NCBI GenBank assembly: GCA_051453625.1
Contig: JBOZIK010000001.1
Coordinates: forward strand, 49,282,592-49,346,031
Source of the DNA: Welwitschia mirabilis
Taxonomy: Eukaryota
DNA: 63,440 bases
Reading direction: 5' to 3'
In this document: positions 25,481-40,110 of the stretch, piece after piece
Position numbering within the stretch: position 1 is the stretch's first letter
How the letters are laid out: every line of letters starts with the position of its first letter
Translations under genes and position numbers: made by a program
The notes under the pieces: model-generated
Told to the model about the DNA's origin: nothing
The model's input: only the letters and a program-made list of their open reading frames with translations
Database searches by the model: none

Positions 25481-28400
25481 GAACACCTATGATAGATGTA
25501 AAAATTGATGAAAAACTTAAATTGGAAGTGCTTGTGGATCTAGGAGCACATATCAATGGTATGGCCTTTTGAGCTTATAAATAATTAGGAAAACTAAAAC
25601 TAATACCTTATTAAGAAAAAGTGCACTTAGTATATGGCTCAGCAGTAATACCAAAAGGATTTTTGAAGGATATACCCATTGAACTCCAAGGTTTTATCTA
25701 CTTGATAGATTCATTAGTGAGGAAAACTTAAGGGGATATCCATGCAGTGATTCTGGGGAGACCTTGGATGGCTACTGTAGATGATACTATTTATTATAAG
25801 AGAGATATAATGGAAATCAATTTAAGAGATTTTAAAAAAGAGATTAAACTTTTTGATGCAGCGATTGTTCAAGAAATAGTATAGAATATAGAATTAAGTT
25901 CTAATGTAATTTTACCATAGGAAGTTAGTCTAATGTCAAATAAACAAAATGAGAAAAAATATCAAGAGGAATATTTAAGAACTTAAGAGATAGAAAATCC
26001 TCTATTAAAGAAGGACTAGAGTATATCGAAGTATCTCCTAATAGACCTCTAATCATAGCTAGTTATTTAACTCATTCTTACAAAATAAATATTAAAAGGA
26101 TGTTGATTAAAAGGAAGGGATACTTTGGTTAGGATTACATAAATATCAAGGGAATCGATCCAAAAACATGCCAACATAAAAACCATTTAGATACTTCTAT
26201 TAAATCAAGTCAATAACCAGAAAGAAGATCTAATCCATACATATAGAAGATAATTGAATAAGATATTTCTAAACTTTTGAATGTGGAATTCATTTATCCT
26301 ATATTAGATTCTAAATGTGTTAGTCCTATTATGATCGTGCTAAAGAAAGAAAATAAATGGATAGTGTGTACATACTTTATAATGTTAATTGAAACTTATA
26401 AAGATCATTTTCCTCTTTCGTTTATAGATCAAGTTTTAGAAAGAATATCTGGATATCAATACTACAACTTTTTAGATGGATATATTGGCTATAACCAAGT
26501 TCCTATAGCTTTAGAGGACTAAGCCAAAATAAATTTCACTTTTTATTAGGGTACTTATGCCTATAAGATATTACTATTTAAACTATGTAATGCTCAACTA
26601 CTTTTTAAAAGTTAATAAATAGCATTTTTCAAGATATGATAGGAATGTCAGTTGAAGTATTTATGGATGATTTCTCAATGTTTGAAAATTGTTTTGAAGA
26701 GTCACTCAATAGACTAGAAAAAGTTTTAAAGAGATGTGAAGTAAAATTCCTTATACTTATCTTATCAAAAAGTCATATTATGATGATGTAAGGCATAGTG
26801 TTAGGACACAAGATATCTCAAAAAGGGACCTATAACTAAACTAAAAGAATTAAAATATTTCCTAAAACATGTTGGATATTATACAATATTCAATTCAAAT
26901 TTAGTAAAATTGCTAAACTTTGAGTAACCTTTTACAAAAAGATGTGGGATATGACTAGACTGATAAATGTCAAAATTCTTACCAAATCTTAGAGGATAAA
27001 CTTTTATCAGCACTTATTTTATAGAGGCTAAATTGGACAAGACTATTCCACATTATAATTGATGCATCTACTCATGATATGGGAGTATTTTTAGAACAAA
27101 AAAATGAAGATAATAAACCTTATGCCATTTCTTATATTAGTAAGAACTTTAAACCAACTCAACAAAATTACTCGATAATAAAGAAAGAGTTGTTAATAGT
27201 GGTAATAGCATTAGAAAAGTTCAAGTACTATATTTTAGATCACAAAGTGGAAATTTACACCATTATGCCATTAGATTTCTAATGAACAAGAGAAAAGAAA
27301 AGAATTATGAGATGGATACTATTAATGAAGGAGTTTGATTTAAAAATTATTAATAAGAAAGGAACAGAGAATGTGATAATAGATCACCTCTCAAGGTTAG
27401 AATTTCTAAATGAAGAATAGATCAACATAGGAGATGAGTTTCTAGATGAACATCTTTTCTAGGTAACAAGAAATCCATGATATGTTGATATAACCAACTT
27501 TCTTGTGAGTAAAAGATTACAATATTTTATGAATTATATGAAAGAAAAAGATTATTAAGGGAATATAGAGATTATATTTGGCATGATAAGATGTTATTCA
27601 AGGAATGCAAAGATCATGTTATCAAAAGATATATAGAGGAAAATCTACAAAGAGAAATCTTAAAGAAAGCTTATGAAGAAGAAGGAGGAGGACATTACAG
27701 TGTCAAAAGAATAGGAATGAAAGTTTTTCATATGGAATACTATTAATCCATTATATTTAAGGATTCAAATTCTTATATTTAAGATTGTGATAAATATTAA
27801 ATAGAAGGTGTATTTAGCCAAAAGTTAGAAATGCCATAATAATAGATTTAGATAATTGAACCTTTTGATATTTGGGAAATAGATTTTATTAGACTTATCA
27901 GTCCCTCATTCTTTGAAAAAGATATATTTTGGCCTACATTGTTTACTTCACTAAATAAGCTAAGGATAAAGCTGTGGCTAATTTTTCTTTCTAAATTATA
28001 GTTAAATTTTTTCTTAGAAATATTATCTATCAGTTTGGAGCCCTCCAAAGTCTTATATCTAATAGAGAATCTCATTTTACTAATGAAGTGTTTAAGAAAC
28101 TTTTGACTAAATTTAGAATCCACCATAAACTCTCTACTATCAGTCACCCTTAATCTAATGGTCAAGCTGAAGTAACTAATAAAAAATTAAATAGAATATT
28201 AACAAAAGTTATAAATAGTTATAAAATAGATTAGGCTAATAAATCAAATAAAGCTCTATGAGTTTATAGAATAACTTGAAAACATACCATAGGATTTACT
28301 CCATTTGAATTAGTCTATAGAAAAAGGTTTATTTTGCCAATTGAATTTAGGATGGAAAATTCAATTAGCTAAATAATTAAAATGTAACTTAGATACAACT

Positions 28401-28790
28401 CCAAAAGAATGGATAGAAAACATGAATAGTTTAAATAAAAATAGGAAAAAGCTCTTTTACGTAAATAATTTATACAATAGAATACTAAAATGTATCATGA
28501 TAGCAAAATCAAAAAAACAAATTTTAATGTGGAAGATTTTATATTAATTTATGACCGTAAGAAAATCAAGTTAAAATAAAAATATGAACAAAACTAGCAG
28601 GGATCCTAAATCATAACAAAAATTTTAGGAAATGGAGCAATAAAAATATATGATCCTAATGAAAAATTAACCTATCCAGTTAATAAGCAAAGAATAAGAA
28701 TGTACTATAATTATAAATTAGTATTAAATTATTTAGAAAACCCTTATAGGATAGAAATAATACTTCCACTCTACTTATATAATAAATTTA
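25480..28790 (+). pseudogene. Element B pol: protease, RT, RNase H, integrase (Gypsy order), degenerate
   Basis: VLVDLGAHINGM, ILGRPWMAT, DHFPLSFIDQVLERISGYQYYNFLDGYIGYNQV, VEVFMDDFS, DAS..MGVFLEQ, NYSIIKKELL, GGGHYS, PFDIWEIDF, NGQAEVTNK, TPFELVY, VNKQRIRMY. Confidence 0.95.
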
Positions 28791-28959
28791 AAGATTAGAT
28801 AATAAAGGATGTGTTATTTCTTTAAAGCTTATTTAGGCTACCAATTTACTAGATTTTTTAAAGTAAATATACTAATTATAAAGCAAGAAGCTATGCATTA
28901 TCTTTATTAAAAAAATTAAGGAAACACATTTCATCATAGAACAGAATACCTTCTATGGT

Positions 28960-30025
28960 TATTGCAGAGCATATTTATGCAATGCTTACATCTTAAGTAC
29001 AATCCTATTAATCACAAATATAATGCACAAATACAATACAATAATATAGATGAAAGTGACTTGAATGTCGTAATCTATCGAAGGCCAAAGTAGGAAATAA
29101 CAGAGATGCTTTTCACAATAAAATACTTGCACATTAAGCTATAGAAATAACTTGCAATGCATAAAAGTAAATATAACACATTCGTGCAAAGATAATCTAG
29201 GAAAGGAAATAATAATGCACATAACCTAAACTAATCAAGCATAACCTTGATAAAGGTTGCGCTCATAACCTATATTATTAAATAAACTATTATTGAATTA
29301 GAATTAACATAAGCTATGAGGGTAAAAAACAATCACATGTTAAAATTAGAAAAAGAAGTATTTTGTTACACCTCAATGGAGGAAACACCATCCAACACCA
29401 AGAAAAATAACTCTCTACAATTATAAAAATAGATCTCTAATCCTTCCATCTCCTGTCATGAGAATTTCAAGTGCAAATGAAGACAAGTAGGAGTTAAGGA
29501 TAAGATTACTATTTATTAACTCACAAACACACAATAAAATAGATATAAAGTTACAAGTAAACCATAATTATCATGTGAGGAGAAATGGAAAATACATGTG
29601 GAAGAAGTTAGATGAATGTTTAGTATAGACATTACAACAGTTTCATCCGGATAGTCATCCAGATGATAGAAGAGATGATGCCACCTCATAATTGATCCAC
29701 ATTAGCTATCAGATATACTATAGTTAGCATCCTAGTTGGCACTACTTACACAGTCATCTATATAGTAATCTAGGTGATAAGATGGATAATGACCTTTGAT
29801 TATTCTTTAATTAATGCATCAACTTTAATGTTTTGTAAGACGTTATCTCAGAAATGTAAAGTATTTAGAATAGCTTAAATGTTGTAAATCATCATGGAGA
29901 TTACATGTTTTCATCTCTTTTACTTCATCTCTTCATTATTACAAAAATCAAGAATTTACCTATATATTAACCTATAAAACCACTCAGATTACCATATCAA
30001 ATATGTATAAGTTGGTAATGTAACA
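28960..30025 (-). mobile_element. 3' LTR of Athila composite C
   Basis: Termini tattgca...gtaaca. Reverse PPT tatccctccacttagcc at 30026. Colinear with 40111-41206 and 42549-43638. Confidence 0.88.
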
Positions 30026-30589
30026 TATCCCTCCACTTAGCCTTATCAGTCCCTGACAAAACAGGTGGTAAATCATGTTTGCTAACTTATTAAACAATAA
30101 AATAGCTAGGATGCTTAAAGCAATCATCTTAGAAATATTTTTAGATTTTAACATAGACACATATTGAACTTTGAAAAATCAAAAAAACTGAACATTTCAC
30201 TTATCAGAAGCTCATCCAATTAGTCATCCAGGTTGTTATCTCAATGATGGTGGGGACAACATGCTTAAGAAAAATCTTTGAAATTAGGAACCTATGATAG
30301 AATTTTTATTTTTCTCAGATAATTAGAAAATGTAATAAAATAGTCTCCCACTGAATTAAGCAATAATGATTGAAAAATTTCCTAAGTAAAATAAACCTTT
30401 ATTCATAACATGTAAAATATTAAAAGATAGACATGAAAAACCAGATTCAAATCAGTACACCATGATGGAAAAATAAAGTATCTATAAAATATGAAAAGAG
30501 AGTTTTTAGTAAAAAAGTGTATATAAAGGGGAATACAAAATAATAATACAAAATTACTCCCCTCATCGATGCATGATAAATTATGATTT

Positions 30590-31870
30590 AATAGTTAGAT
30601 CAAGAGTTAGGGGAAAAGAAGGAGGATTCTTAAGATCTGTGAAGAAACAGAGGTCCAAAGATGTGAGATAGATCTGATCGTCTCATCACCCTAGACATGT
30701 CTAACTTTAGGAATATCCAATATTACACTTTGCTAAATGGAAATAATACACTAGTGCATGTCAATGATCTAATCCTTAGAGTGCTAAACTCTCCTCTCAA
30801 TAGATAAGATCATTTGATTAAATGTCTGTTGTCTCTAATCAAGTACATGTATTATTTGATCAAGTACCTGATTCCTCTTATCAAGAGTCTAGATCCTTTG
30901 ATCTAGTGACTGAATACCTCTATCAATGAAACCTTTTATGGTCTCAGTGGTCTCAATCAAGAGAGCCTAAATCTACTTGAGTGAAGCTCCAACTATAGGT
31001 CTCTATACTTGAGGTCTCTCTGCCTATCCTAAATTTGTATACCCATGTTTATAAATAGCAAGCTGAAGTCTATATATGCGACAGGCGCTACTTGTCCATG
31101 GTCTTTGGTATCCCAAATCATCTAAAGAGTGCTGAGAGGAGGCATAGATAACTAAGTATCTAAAGCTTCATTCCTCTACCATAGATTTAAGTCTTCTCTA
31201 GATAAAAGTAAAAAGGTCCATCGACTCCCCCTGTCTAAAAATTGCCAATATCTATAATTGTACTACCATGGCATGACTACCATGAAAAGATGAGACGTTG
31301 TTATGAATTAGTTCTCTATGAAAAATGTTGTATGCAGGGGTCAGCTGAGTAGCATTTATCCCCCTTCAATTAGTAGTAAGATTGGCTGGAATATCTAAAA
31401 TGGTGTCATGTGCTTAACACTTCTCAGTCCCACCAGCTGAGTGTATGTGCATACTTCCAAGCCCATTAAGATCTATGATAATTGTAATATGGGATGGAAG
31501 AATGACTATCTCATGATCCCATATAAATGCAACAATCCTATCCTCTAACTGACTATGAGTGTCAAGTCACTTCTCAATGTACATGGTGTCATAGAACTCC
31601 CTCATCTCTAATACATAATGTAATCTATGTGAATCTATAATTCATCTAAGCTATAAATATGTTAATCTCTGGTCCACATAAGGCTTGATACTGCTCATAA
31701 AATCACCAAAATAATACTCGACATATATGGTAGCTATCTGAATAGTCAAAAACCATCCATGTCAGGGTGGTGGATGTGTAAGTGTATGCTTTATCTCTGA
31801 ATTAATTAGAGGGACTGCCTCTTGCTTTACTACCTTATCCTTGGCCTCGGATTATCTATCTCTATGCATA
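30590..31870 (-). pseudogene. Athila extra 3' ORF (env-like / putative plant transposon protein) with heptad-repeat C-terminus, degenerate
   Basis: YVLEMREFYDTM...EIVILPSHI, FHRELIHNNVSSFHGSH, then LDQRI*T-LDKRNQV-LDQIIHV-LD*RQQT repeats. Located between integrase and the 3' LTR. Confidence 0.68.
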
Positions 31871-34044
31871 CAGGGCCTACTCAATTAAAAATACAAAATA
31901 TTATCATGTAAACATAGAAAGATATGTCAAAAACATGACATGGATGCACAATAACAACCCCTGAAATTGATAAAAAACTAGAAAAAGTACCAAAAATTTG
32001 TCTTGCTCCCCTAAAAGTTACAATGCATCCTGAATTGCCTAAATGTGAGAGGAAAAATGAAAAATATGTGAAAAATGCCAAAACTATATTTTAGTTATCC
32101 CCACATGAAGTGAAAATTTAAGGTGCTCAAATGAAAAATATAATCCAATGGAGTCGTAAAATACATCAAACTAATTAATTTTGCCTAAAGGACCATAATG
32201 TGTCAATCCATAGTTTGTGAAAAATTAAGTGTAAAACATGGAAATTTGAAAATACCTCATAAAATGCAAAAATATCCATAACTCAAAAAATACGCAATGA
32301 AATTCAAATTTATAAGTTCCAAATCGAAGAGCACAAAACACTAAGTAATATACATGAAAATTGCCCATCAAAAGACTAAAAAAAGGAAAAAAATGGAAAA
32401 AAAAGAGGAGAGAAAAACATACCTTATTTTTGAAAATTTACTAAGATCTGGTAAAACTAGACATGAAAAGAACAAGTTCCAGAATGCTGGTATAAGTTAG
32501 AGGGATTATTATCTCTCAAAGAAATTGGCAAAAATAATAAACAAATAAAGAAAAATGAGGAAATGGGTGTGGGTTGTAGTTCTATGGCATTGTTGTCTAG
32601 TCACATTGTCCAGATAATGGCCCTATGATGACTCTTAGAAAAACTTAGACTATTGTCCTCTCAATGTCATCTAGGTGACTAGGTGGATAACATGGCATGA
32701 AAAGTTATTTAGAAATAAAAATAGTAGCTAGAAATCTTAAGTGTATATATGATTGTTTAAGTAGAAGTTCTAAACAGAAAAACTCAGAAAGATAGAAAAT
32801 GAGATGGAAAACTAAGAAAACAAAGGAAAACGGATAAAAAACACAAAGAAGAAAACACTATGGCTAAAAAAATAGACTATCTAGGTTGAAACCTATAAGA
32901 AAGACTACATGAATATGCTTGAATAGAAAAGAAAGTCATGATAAACTTACAACTCTATAAGCTATAATGGAACTTGTAAAAACTAGAAATTGAAAAGATG
33001 TTCTTTTTAAGTTTTCAAATGCTCACTTAAAAAATGATTTAACATGAAACAAAAGTAAGCAAACTACTAAATGATTAAGGTCCTAGGAAAAAATGAAAAA
33101 ATGACTTTGAAATCGTAAACTCAAAAACCAGAAAAACATAGAGTGAAAATGGACATAAGGAATAGGGAGAAGATTGTTTACCTCCCCTAAGTACTAATCT
33201 AGAAAACTCCCAAGGAAGACACCATAAAGCCACTTAAGAAAATATGCATGACAAAATATATATACTTCATAAAGTTCACTTAAAAAGGCAGTGGTTATGG
33301 TGATATCTAAAGAGTCAAGTGCATAGAATAATAAATGTAAAAATCAAAAGTTACTTAGAAATGAGCTCACCTTCTCTCACCCCAAAAACACACCTAAATT
33401 TTCAAGAGTAAAATGATCAAGTGGGAATACTAAGAGTCTAAGAAATAAGAAATGCCTCTAATGATACTAGAAATACCACTAATTCCTAACCTCTAAGTTT
33501 ATTTCTTTTTCCATGACGAGGAGAGTGCAATCACTATCAGAGGAGTAGAGACCTATGAAGCATTACTAACTGACCCCCTAGTAGAGTTCCCATAGCTACC
33601 AACACTACCAAAGGTTTCTTTTAGAAATATTTACCTTAGTGTAGTAGAAAATCATGGTAACCATGTATTTTTTTGAATTATAAAATATAATAGCTTATGA
33701 TCATTATTTCTCTCTTAGTTTTTTATTTTCCTTTTATATTTTTTGTAAAATTCACACATGATCACACACTCAAAAAAATGAAGGTGAATAAGTGAGATAA
33801 AAAATAGGAAAAAACACTTTCAAATAATCCAAAACCTTAACACCATTGAAAAAGGCATAAGAAACCAAGACATCTTCCTTTAAATAAAGTCCATAGACAT
33901 GGGAATGTCTTAAGATTAGATGAAACCAATCTTATCACTGTAAATGCCCAAGTATAAATACTAGTCATAAAAATTTATAAAGCAATACATAAGTCATGTT
34001 TGAAAGATAATCAAGTAATATTAACCAAATGAGTAGGCTAAGAA

Positions 34045-37000
34045 AGCACTTAGATAATGATACGGAGGAAGTTATCTTCATCAAGGAAAACCTTCAAAAT
34101 AACTGCTTCTACCATGTTCATAGTTGCATCAAAAAATCCTTAATATAATTTCAACCATTACCATTAACCTTCTAAATCTCTCTAGTCTCTAAGTATAAAA
34201 TCTTAATTGAGATATTAAGATGTACTTTATCTATAAGATAAGGGCCTAATCATTTAAAAGTAAACTTCTTATTCAAAAGATAAACTCTAGTGTTATATAA
34301 CAAGATAAGTTAACTATGTTCAAACTTTAAATACTTTTTTATCATGTTGGAACTTTGCTTGGGCTTTATATATTAATTAATGATGTATGGTAAGAGTTCT
34401 TTTTTCATCAAGATAGTTTAATTAGGATAATATATATTTAAGTTTTTCATAAAAATCCACAAGATTAAGTTGATGAAATGTACATTAAAAATTATAACAC
34501 ACATTAATAGATAATACACAAACTTTATTGTATATAAGTTTATAAGATGAAAAACCAAGAAAAGTACATCAAGTAGTACAATAAGCACAAAGTACATCAT
34601 TAAGTTTAGAAGTCTAAGACTTTTTATTAATAGATACAAGCTTTTGTAATATTTTCTTTATTTCTCTATTAACATTTTTAGCCTGTCCATTAGTTTGAGG
34701 ATGATAAGCACACCCTACTCTATGTTCTATACCATTGGACAAAAGACATTTTTTAAAAATATGATTAATGAAATGAGTACCTTAATCACTAATAATGACT
34801 CTAGGAAAACCAAATATCTAAAAAATATGAGTTCTAAGAAAATAACAAACAGTTCAGGCATCATTTAAAAAAGTAGGTATGGCTTCAATCCATTTAGTCA
34901 TATAGTCCATAGCCACTAACATGTAATGATTATTGGAAAAAGGTGAATGAATAAGTCTTATAAAATTAACACCATAATAATCAAAAGGCTTACACTCAAG
35001 AATAGGTCTAAGGGGCATTTCCTGTGAATGAATAAGGCTACTATAACACTAATAAGGATTACATCTTTTAGCAAAATCAAAAATATCATGAAAAGAGAAG
35101 GTTAATAAAAGCCAAAATGGAGGATTTTCATTGTTGTTTTATCTTCACTAAAGTGCCCTCTACAAATACCACCATGACAAAAATAAAGGATTTTAAGTAT
35201 CTCCTAATTAGGCATACATTTTCTTATGATTTAGTCTTTACACCTATGATACAAATGTGGCTCTATTCACTCATAGTTACCTATCCTATGGAGAAATGAT
35301 TTGTGTTGATTGTAGGTCTAATGTTGTGATGTTATCATAGTCACAAGATAGTTAACGATGTATGCATATCAAGGAGGAGGATGAGAAAAAGAACCAATAA
35401 ACAACTACTCATCAGGAAATGAATCATCAATGATAAAATCATCTAGAGGAGAAGGAAGTCGAGAGAAGTGCTTGACAATACAATTATGCTTTCCTACTTT
35501 ATTTATAATAGTCAAGTTAAATTCTTACATAAGGAGGATCCATCTAATCAAACATGTATTATAATTTTTCTTGGTTATGAGGTAATAAATGGCAACATGA
35601 TCAATGTAAACATTTGCATGAAAGATTAAAAGATAATGTCTAAGAGAATCAAGACAAAAGATAATAGCTATCATCTCTTTCTCTGTAGTGGTATAATTCA
35701 TTTGAGATCTAGACAAAGATTTACTATGGTAAGATATAACTTTAAAATCATTTTCATATTTCTAATAAGGAACCCCATCCACGGAAAAATTACTTGCATT
35801 GCATATAAGCTTAAAATATAGTTCCCGATTAGGTCCCATTACTATAGGAGCGTAAAATAGTTTACGTTTAAGCTTATTAAAAGCAAGTTAATAAAATTCA
35901 TTCTATTCAAATTTGGCTTCTTTTTCTAGTAATAAGTAAAGGGGTTTACAGCCATTAGCATAATCATGAATGAACTAGCAATAAAAACCATAATAACCAA
36001 GAAAAGTTCTAACCTATTTAACATTTATAGGGGGAATTAGCTTTTGAATAATACCAACTTTAAAAGCATCCATCCTACTCCCCTCTTTCAAGATATAGTA
36101 ATCTAAAATAATTCCACTTTCTATAATAAATAGACTTTTTTTCCAAGTCAAGTGTAGGCCACTAGAAATGCAATGATCTAAGACATTCTCTAATCAATCT
36201 AAAATTTGTTCAAATATTTCATCATAAATAGAAAAGTCATCCTAAAAATCGCAATGGAATCCTTAATCATATTAGAAAAGATACCCATCATAGCATGCTA
36301 AAAAGTACTAGGACCATTACATAGTCTAAAAGGCATGCATCTAAAGGCAAAAATACCAAAAGGAGAAGTAAAAGAGGTTTTTGGTTTAGTTCTCACTAGC
36401 AATGCAAACCTGGTTGTAACCACTATAATCATTAAGAAAATATTAAAAAAAATGACCCTAAATCTTATCAAGAATCTAATCAAGAAAAGGAAAAGGACAT
36501 TGATCTTTTTCAATTACTTTATTAAGTTTTTTAAAGTCTATGCACATTCTCCATTTCCTACCTTTTAAGAACTACAGTCAAGGGGCTATCCCACTCACTA
36601 TTAGCAATTGAATAAATGATTTCAGCATCCATTAATTTTATGATTTTATCTTTTATAATTTCTTTAAAGGCTGGATTAAGTTTATGTTTGGGTTTCCTCA
36701 TAGGTTTAGAATTTTTTTAAGGTAGATTTTATGTTACACAATGAAAATGGGTATGGCTATCAAATCATTATGGGACTAAGAAAACACATTTATTTTAGAT
36801 TGCATAATAGAGATAAGAGTTGATTCATGTTAAGGAATAAGGTTTTTATTAATAATCAAGGGTTTGTTCATGTCACTATTTAGGAAAATGTATTTTAGTC
36901 CACTGTCTAAAAGTTTTAGGTTCATATTTAAGCTTAGATTTTTTGTTTTTGTAAATTTTCAAAAAAATAGATTATTGTCTTAGATTGTTATCTAGACGTT

Positions 37001-37720
37001 TATAGTGAATAACCACCCTTAAAATAAGAAATCTCAAGTCTACTAAATTTTCAAAGTTTGACAAAGTTGACATACTTAAACCCTCTACTCTCTAGATCAT
37101 AAAATTCAGTTTTTAGATGTTCAAAATCAAATTGATCTTCAAAAACATACAAGTTATTTACTTTTGATTTATCATTAAACAAGATTGGTTTGTGAAGCAT
37201 GGACCATCTTTCCTAAAGTGAACAGTGCTATAAAAATGGAGTTGGCTAATTTCTTCCTTCATACTTAAATCATTGCTTAAATATTTTTTGGTTGCATCAA
37301 AAACTCTTATTAAAAACTATTTATTTCTGAAATAATACCTCATCAAACTAGTTTTTGTATCTATAATATAGTCAGCTATTGTACAGAAAGATCTACCTAG
37401 AAGTAAAGTATATCCATCATGATGCTTAACTTCTATAACTACAACATCAATGGAGTAGAAATATTCTTCTATCTGAATAAGTAAATCCTTAATCACGCCT
37501 AATAGTTTCTTTACAGAAGAATCAGCTAGATCTAAGATAATCCATATAGGTTCTACTATTTCTTCTAATCCAAGTATTTAACAAACATGCAAGGGAATGA
37601 TGTTGACACTAGCTCCAATATTAATCAAGGCTTTCTTAATCCTACGGTTTCCTTCTAAAGCAATACTCATAGTTGTTGCTCCTAGATCTTTAAACTTTAG
37701 ACATTTTTGGCAAAATAAGG
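34045..37720 (-). pseudogene. Element C2 pol (protease, RT, RNase H, integrase), degenerate
   Basis: KKALINIGASVNIIP (~37600), TSFTSPFGIFAFRCMPFRLCNGPSTF, *DDFSIY, NYTTTEKEMIAIIFCLDSLRHYL, LVAMDYMTKWIEA, LGPYLIDKV. Confidence 0.93.
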
Positions 37721-39620
37721 ATGATTTATTTTTTTTCTTCTAATCAAATCTTTCCATAGCTTAGAATACTTTGGGTTTTTTTTAAAAAGTTTTCAAATTG
37801 ATGCTCACATTTTATATTGAGGATTTTAAATGATCATCAAAAATAGGATTTGTGTTAAGCCTATTAAGCTATGAAGTATCAGGTATCTTATATGAAAAGT
37901 CCTCTTTTTTTTGTTTTGCTTAATGGAGAAGGAAAACAATGGTTTTTTAATATTCTAATATCCTCTTCTTTATCATTTTTGTCACTTTATGATGTTAAAG
38001 CCTTATAGAGAAAAGGAGTTGTATTATTTTCACTTCTTATCATCACCTTATAATCTTTTTTAACTTCATTTGAATTTAGTAAAGGTTAAGTGGCAAGAAA
38101 CCCTTGTGATCTTTAGTTAGCAAGCATGGTTTGTTATAATATACTCATAAGGTTCTCAATGTTGGTATTTGTCTTTTCAATATTTGGGTTTATCTTTTCT
38201 TTAATTTTCTCAAATTCTCAATGGAATTCCTAATAGGATCACTTTGGTTTTGAGAGTTGGATGATCTTACTAATTCATTTGAGTTGTTAGATTGAAAGTT
38301 CATGTTCTCAAATCTTTATTAAAAGGTTGGAAGTTAGGATTGTTTGTTTAAAGATTTTTGGAGTTGGATTATTCACTCATCCTAGTTTTAAAGTTGTTGT
38401 GAAATTAGACTTGTCTTTGATTTTGGTTTGTTTTATAGTTTGAAGACCTCTAGTTAAAAGCATATACTTCCTCATAAATTCTCTCTTTGTAAGTTGGAAG
38501 CAAGAAATATTATTTGGTAACATAATAACTATCTTCATACAAATCATAGGTAGGAACTACAACTTCACTCTTCTTAATTGCCACCTTTTCATCTAGAATC
38601 ATTTAAGCGTACTTTTCTAAGGTAGAGGTAAAATCCTTTATGACATTGATTGGTTCATTTTCTATTCTTATTTCATTTTTCTCATGTTTTACCTCATTTG
38701 TATATTTAATGATTTGGCCTACTGTTCAGTTTTCTTTAGGTGAGGCTTTAGTTCATGTTTGACTCACTTCTATGAAGTCTTCCAATACTTTTCAAGCATC
38801 ATCTAAGATTTGGTTCAATAAGTTACCTCCACAAAAAAAAAATATACAAGTTTCTTTATGTGACTGTTTAAGCCATTATAAAAGTAGTCAATAAGTTCTA
38901 CCTGTGAAAAGGCATTTACAGGGATTGAATGTTAAGTAACAAAGAATCTCTCATAGGCAAAGCCATATTCTTTATTAGGCATTTATTGAAAGTTGATGAC
39001 TTCTTTCTAACATATTTAGATAATGGTTTCACTCATAAATATCTTGATAAAAACTTCCTAAACTTAACTCCAAGATTTTAAGCTTTTCTGGAAAATCATT
39101 TTAAGCCATAATTTCTGGAAGTGAGGACTAACTATTCTATATTAGTAATATGTTGTAAAGGATCTTCATCAGGTTTACCACTAAAGGTAAATATGATTTA
39201 GGTTACATAATTCAACATCATCACCATTAGATAAGTCAACTAGAGTTTGGATTTCATGTTTCTTATTTTCTATGAGATTTCTAAGGGTAACATGGGTATT
39301 GGTATGAGTAAGAGTGATTATAGGAGTTCCAATGATAAGGGATGGATTTGGTAAGATAGATTACTTTTGCTTTTGGGATAAGGTAAACATGATTGGGAAT
39401 GAGAAAATCTTATCTAAACAATTGTTTAAAAATTTTTTTATAGAAAAATCAAACTCTATGGAAATGAAAGTAGATGTTGTAGGAAATTCTAAATCTTGTG
39501 TACCTTTTTTGTTTTTACCTAATTTAGTTTCTAGGTTTATTAAACCTTCTTAGATATTTTTATCAATAAATAGCTACTTTCTCTAGTATTTTTCTTTTTT
39601 ACCTTACTTTACCATACATG
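37720..39620 (-). pseudogene. Element C2 gag, degenerate
   Basis: FTFSGKPDEDPLQH, ELIDYFYNGL, FFCGGNLLNQ. Reverse-complement homologue of 60720-63330. Confidence 0.82.
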
Positions 39621-40110
39621 CTCAGTATCCAATGCCCAGAGTATTATCCTTGTAGTCATCTGAATGATAGTCTGGATGATAGAAATACAAAAACTGTAAG
39701 AAAAAAAAAGTAGAAAATAAAAATGAAAGAACTAATAGACACAGAAATTCTAAAAATAAATTATCATTCAGCTAATTCATCTATATGATAAAGGGAATGA
39801 TGGAAAAAATCCTAAAAAATTTTAAGAGAAAACTAATGGCACAAAGGCTATTATCATCGCATGTTGTCTGGATGATGAAGTATCATCGCATGTTGTCTGG
39901 ATGATGAAGTAAACAACTAACTTTTTATTATAAAATAGAATGAAAACTTTTATTTAAAAATAGAAAAACTAATACTATAAAAAGAGTAAACCTACGCTAC
40001 AATAGATATTGGTATAATGTTGTTGTAGGTAAACACCTCAACCGAAATACTTACTAGAGCACTGAAAACTCTCAAACTTCAAGTAGCCTTCCCTGATAAT
40101 GGTACCAAGA

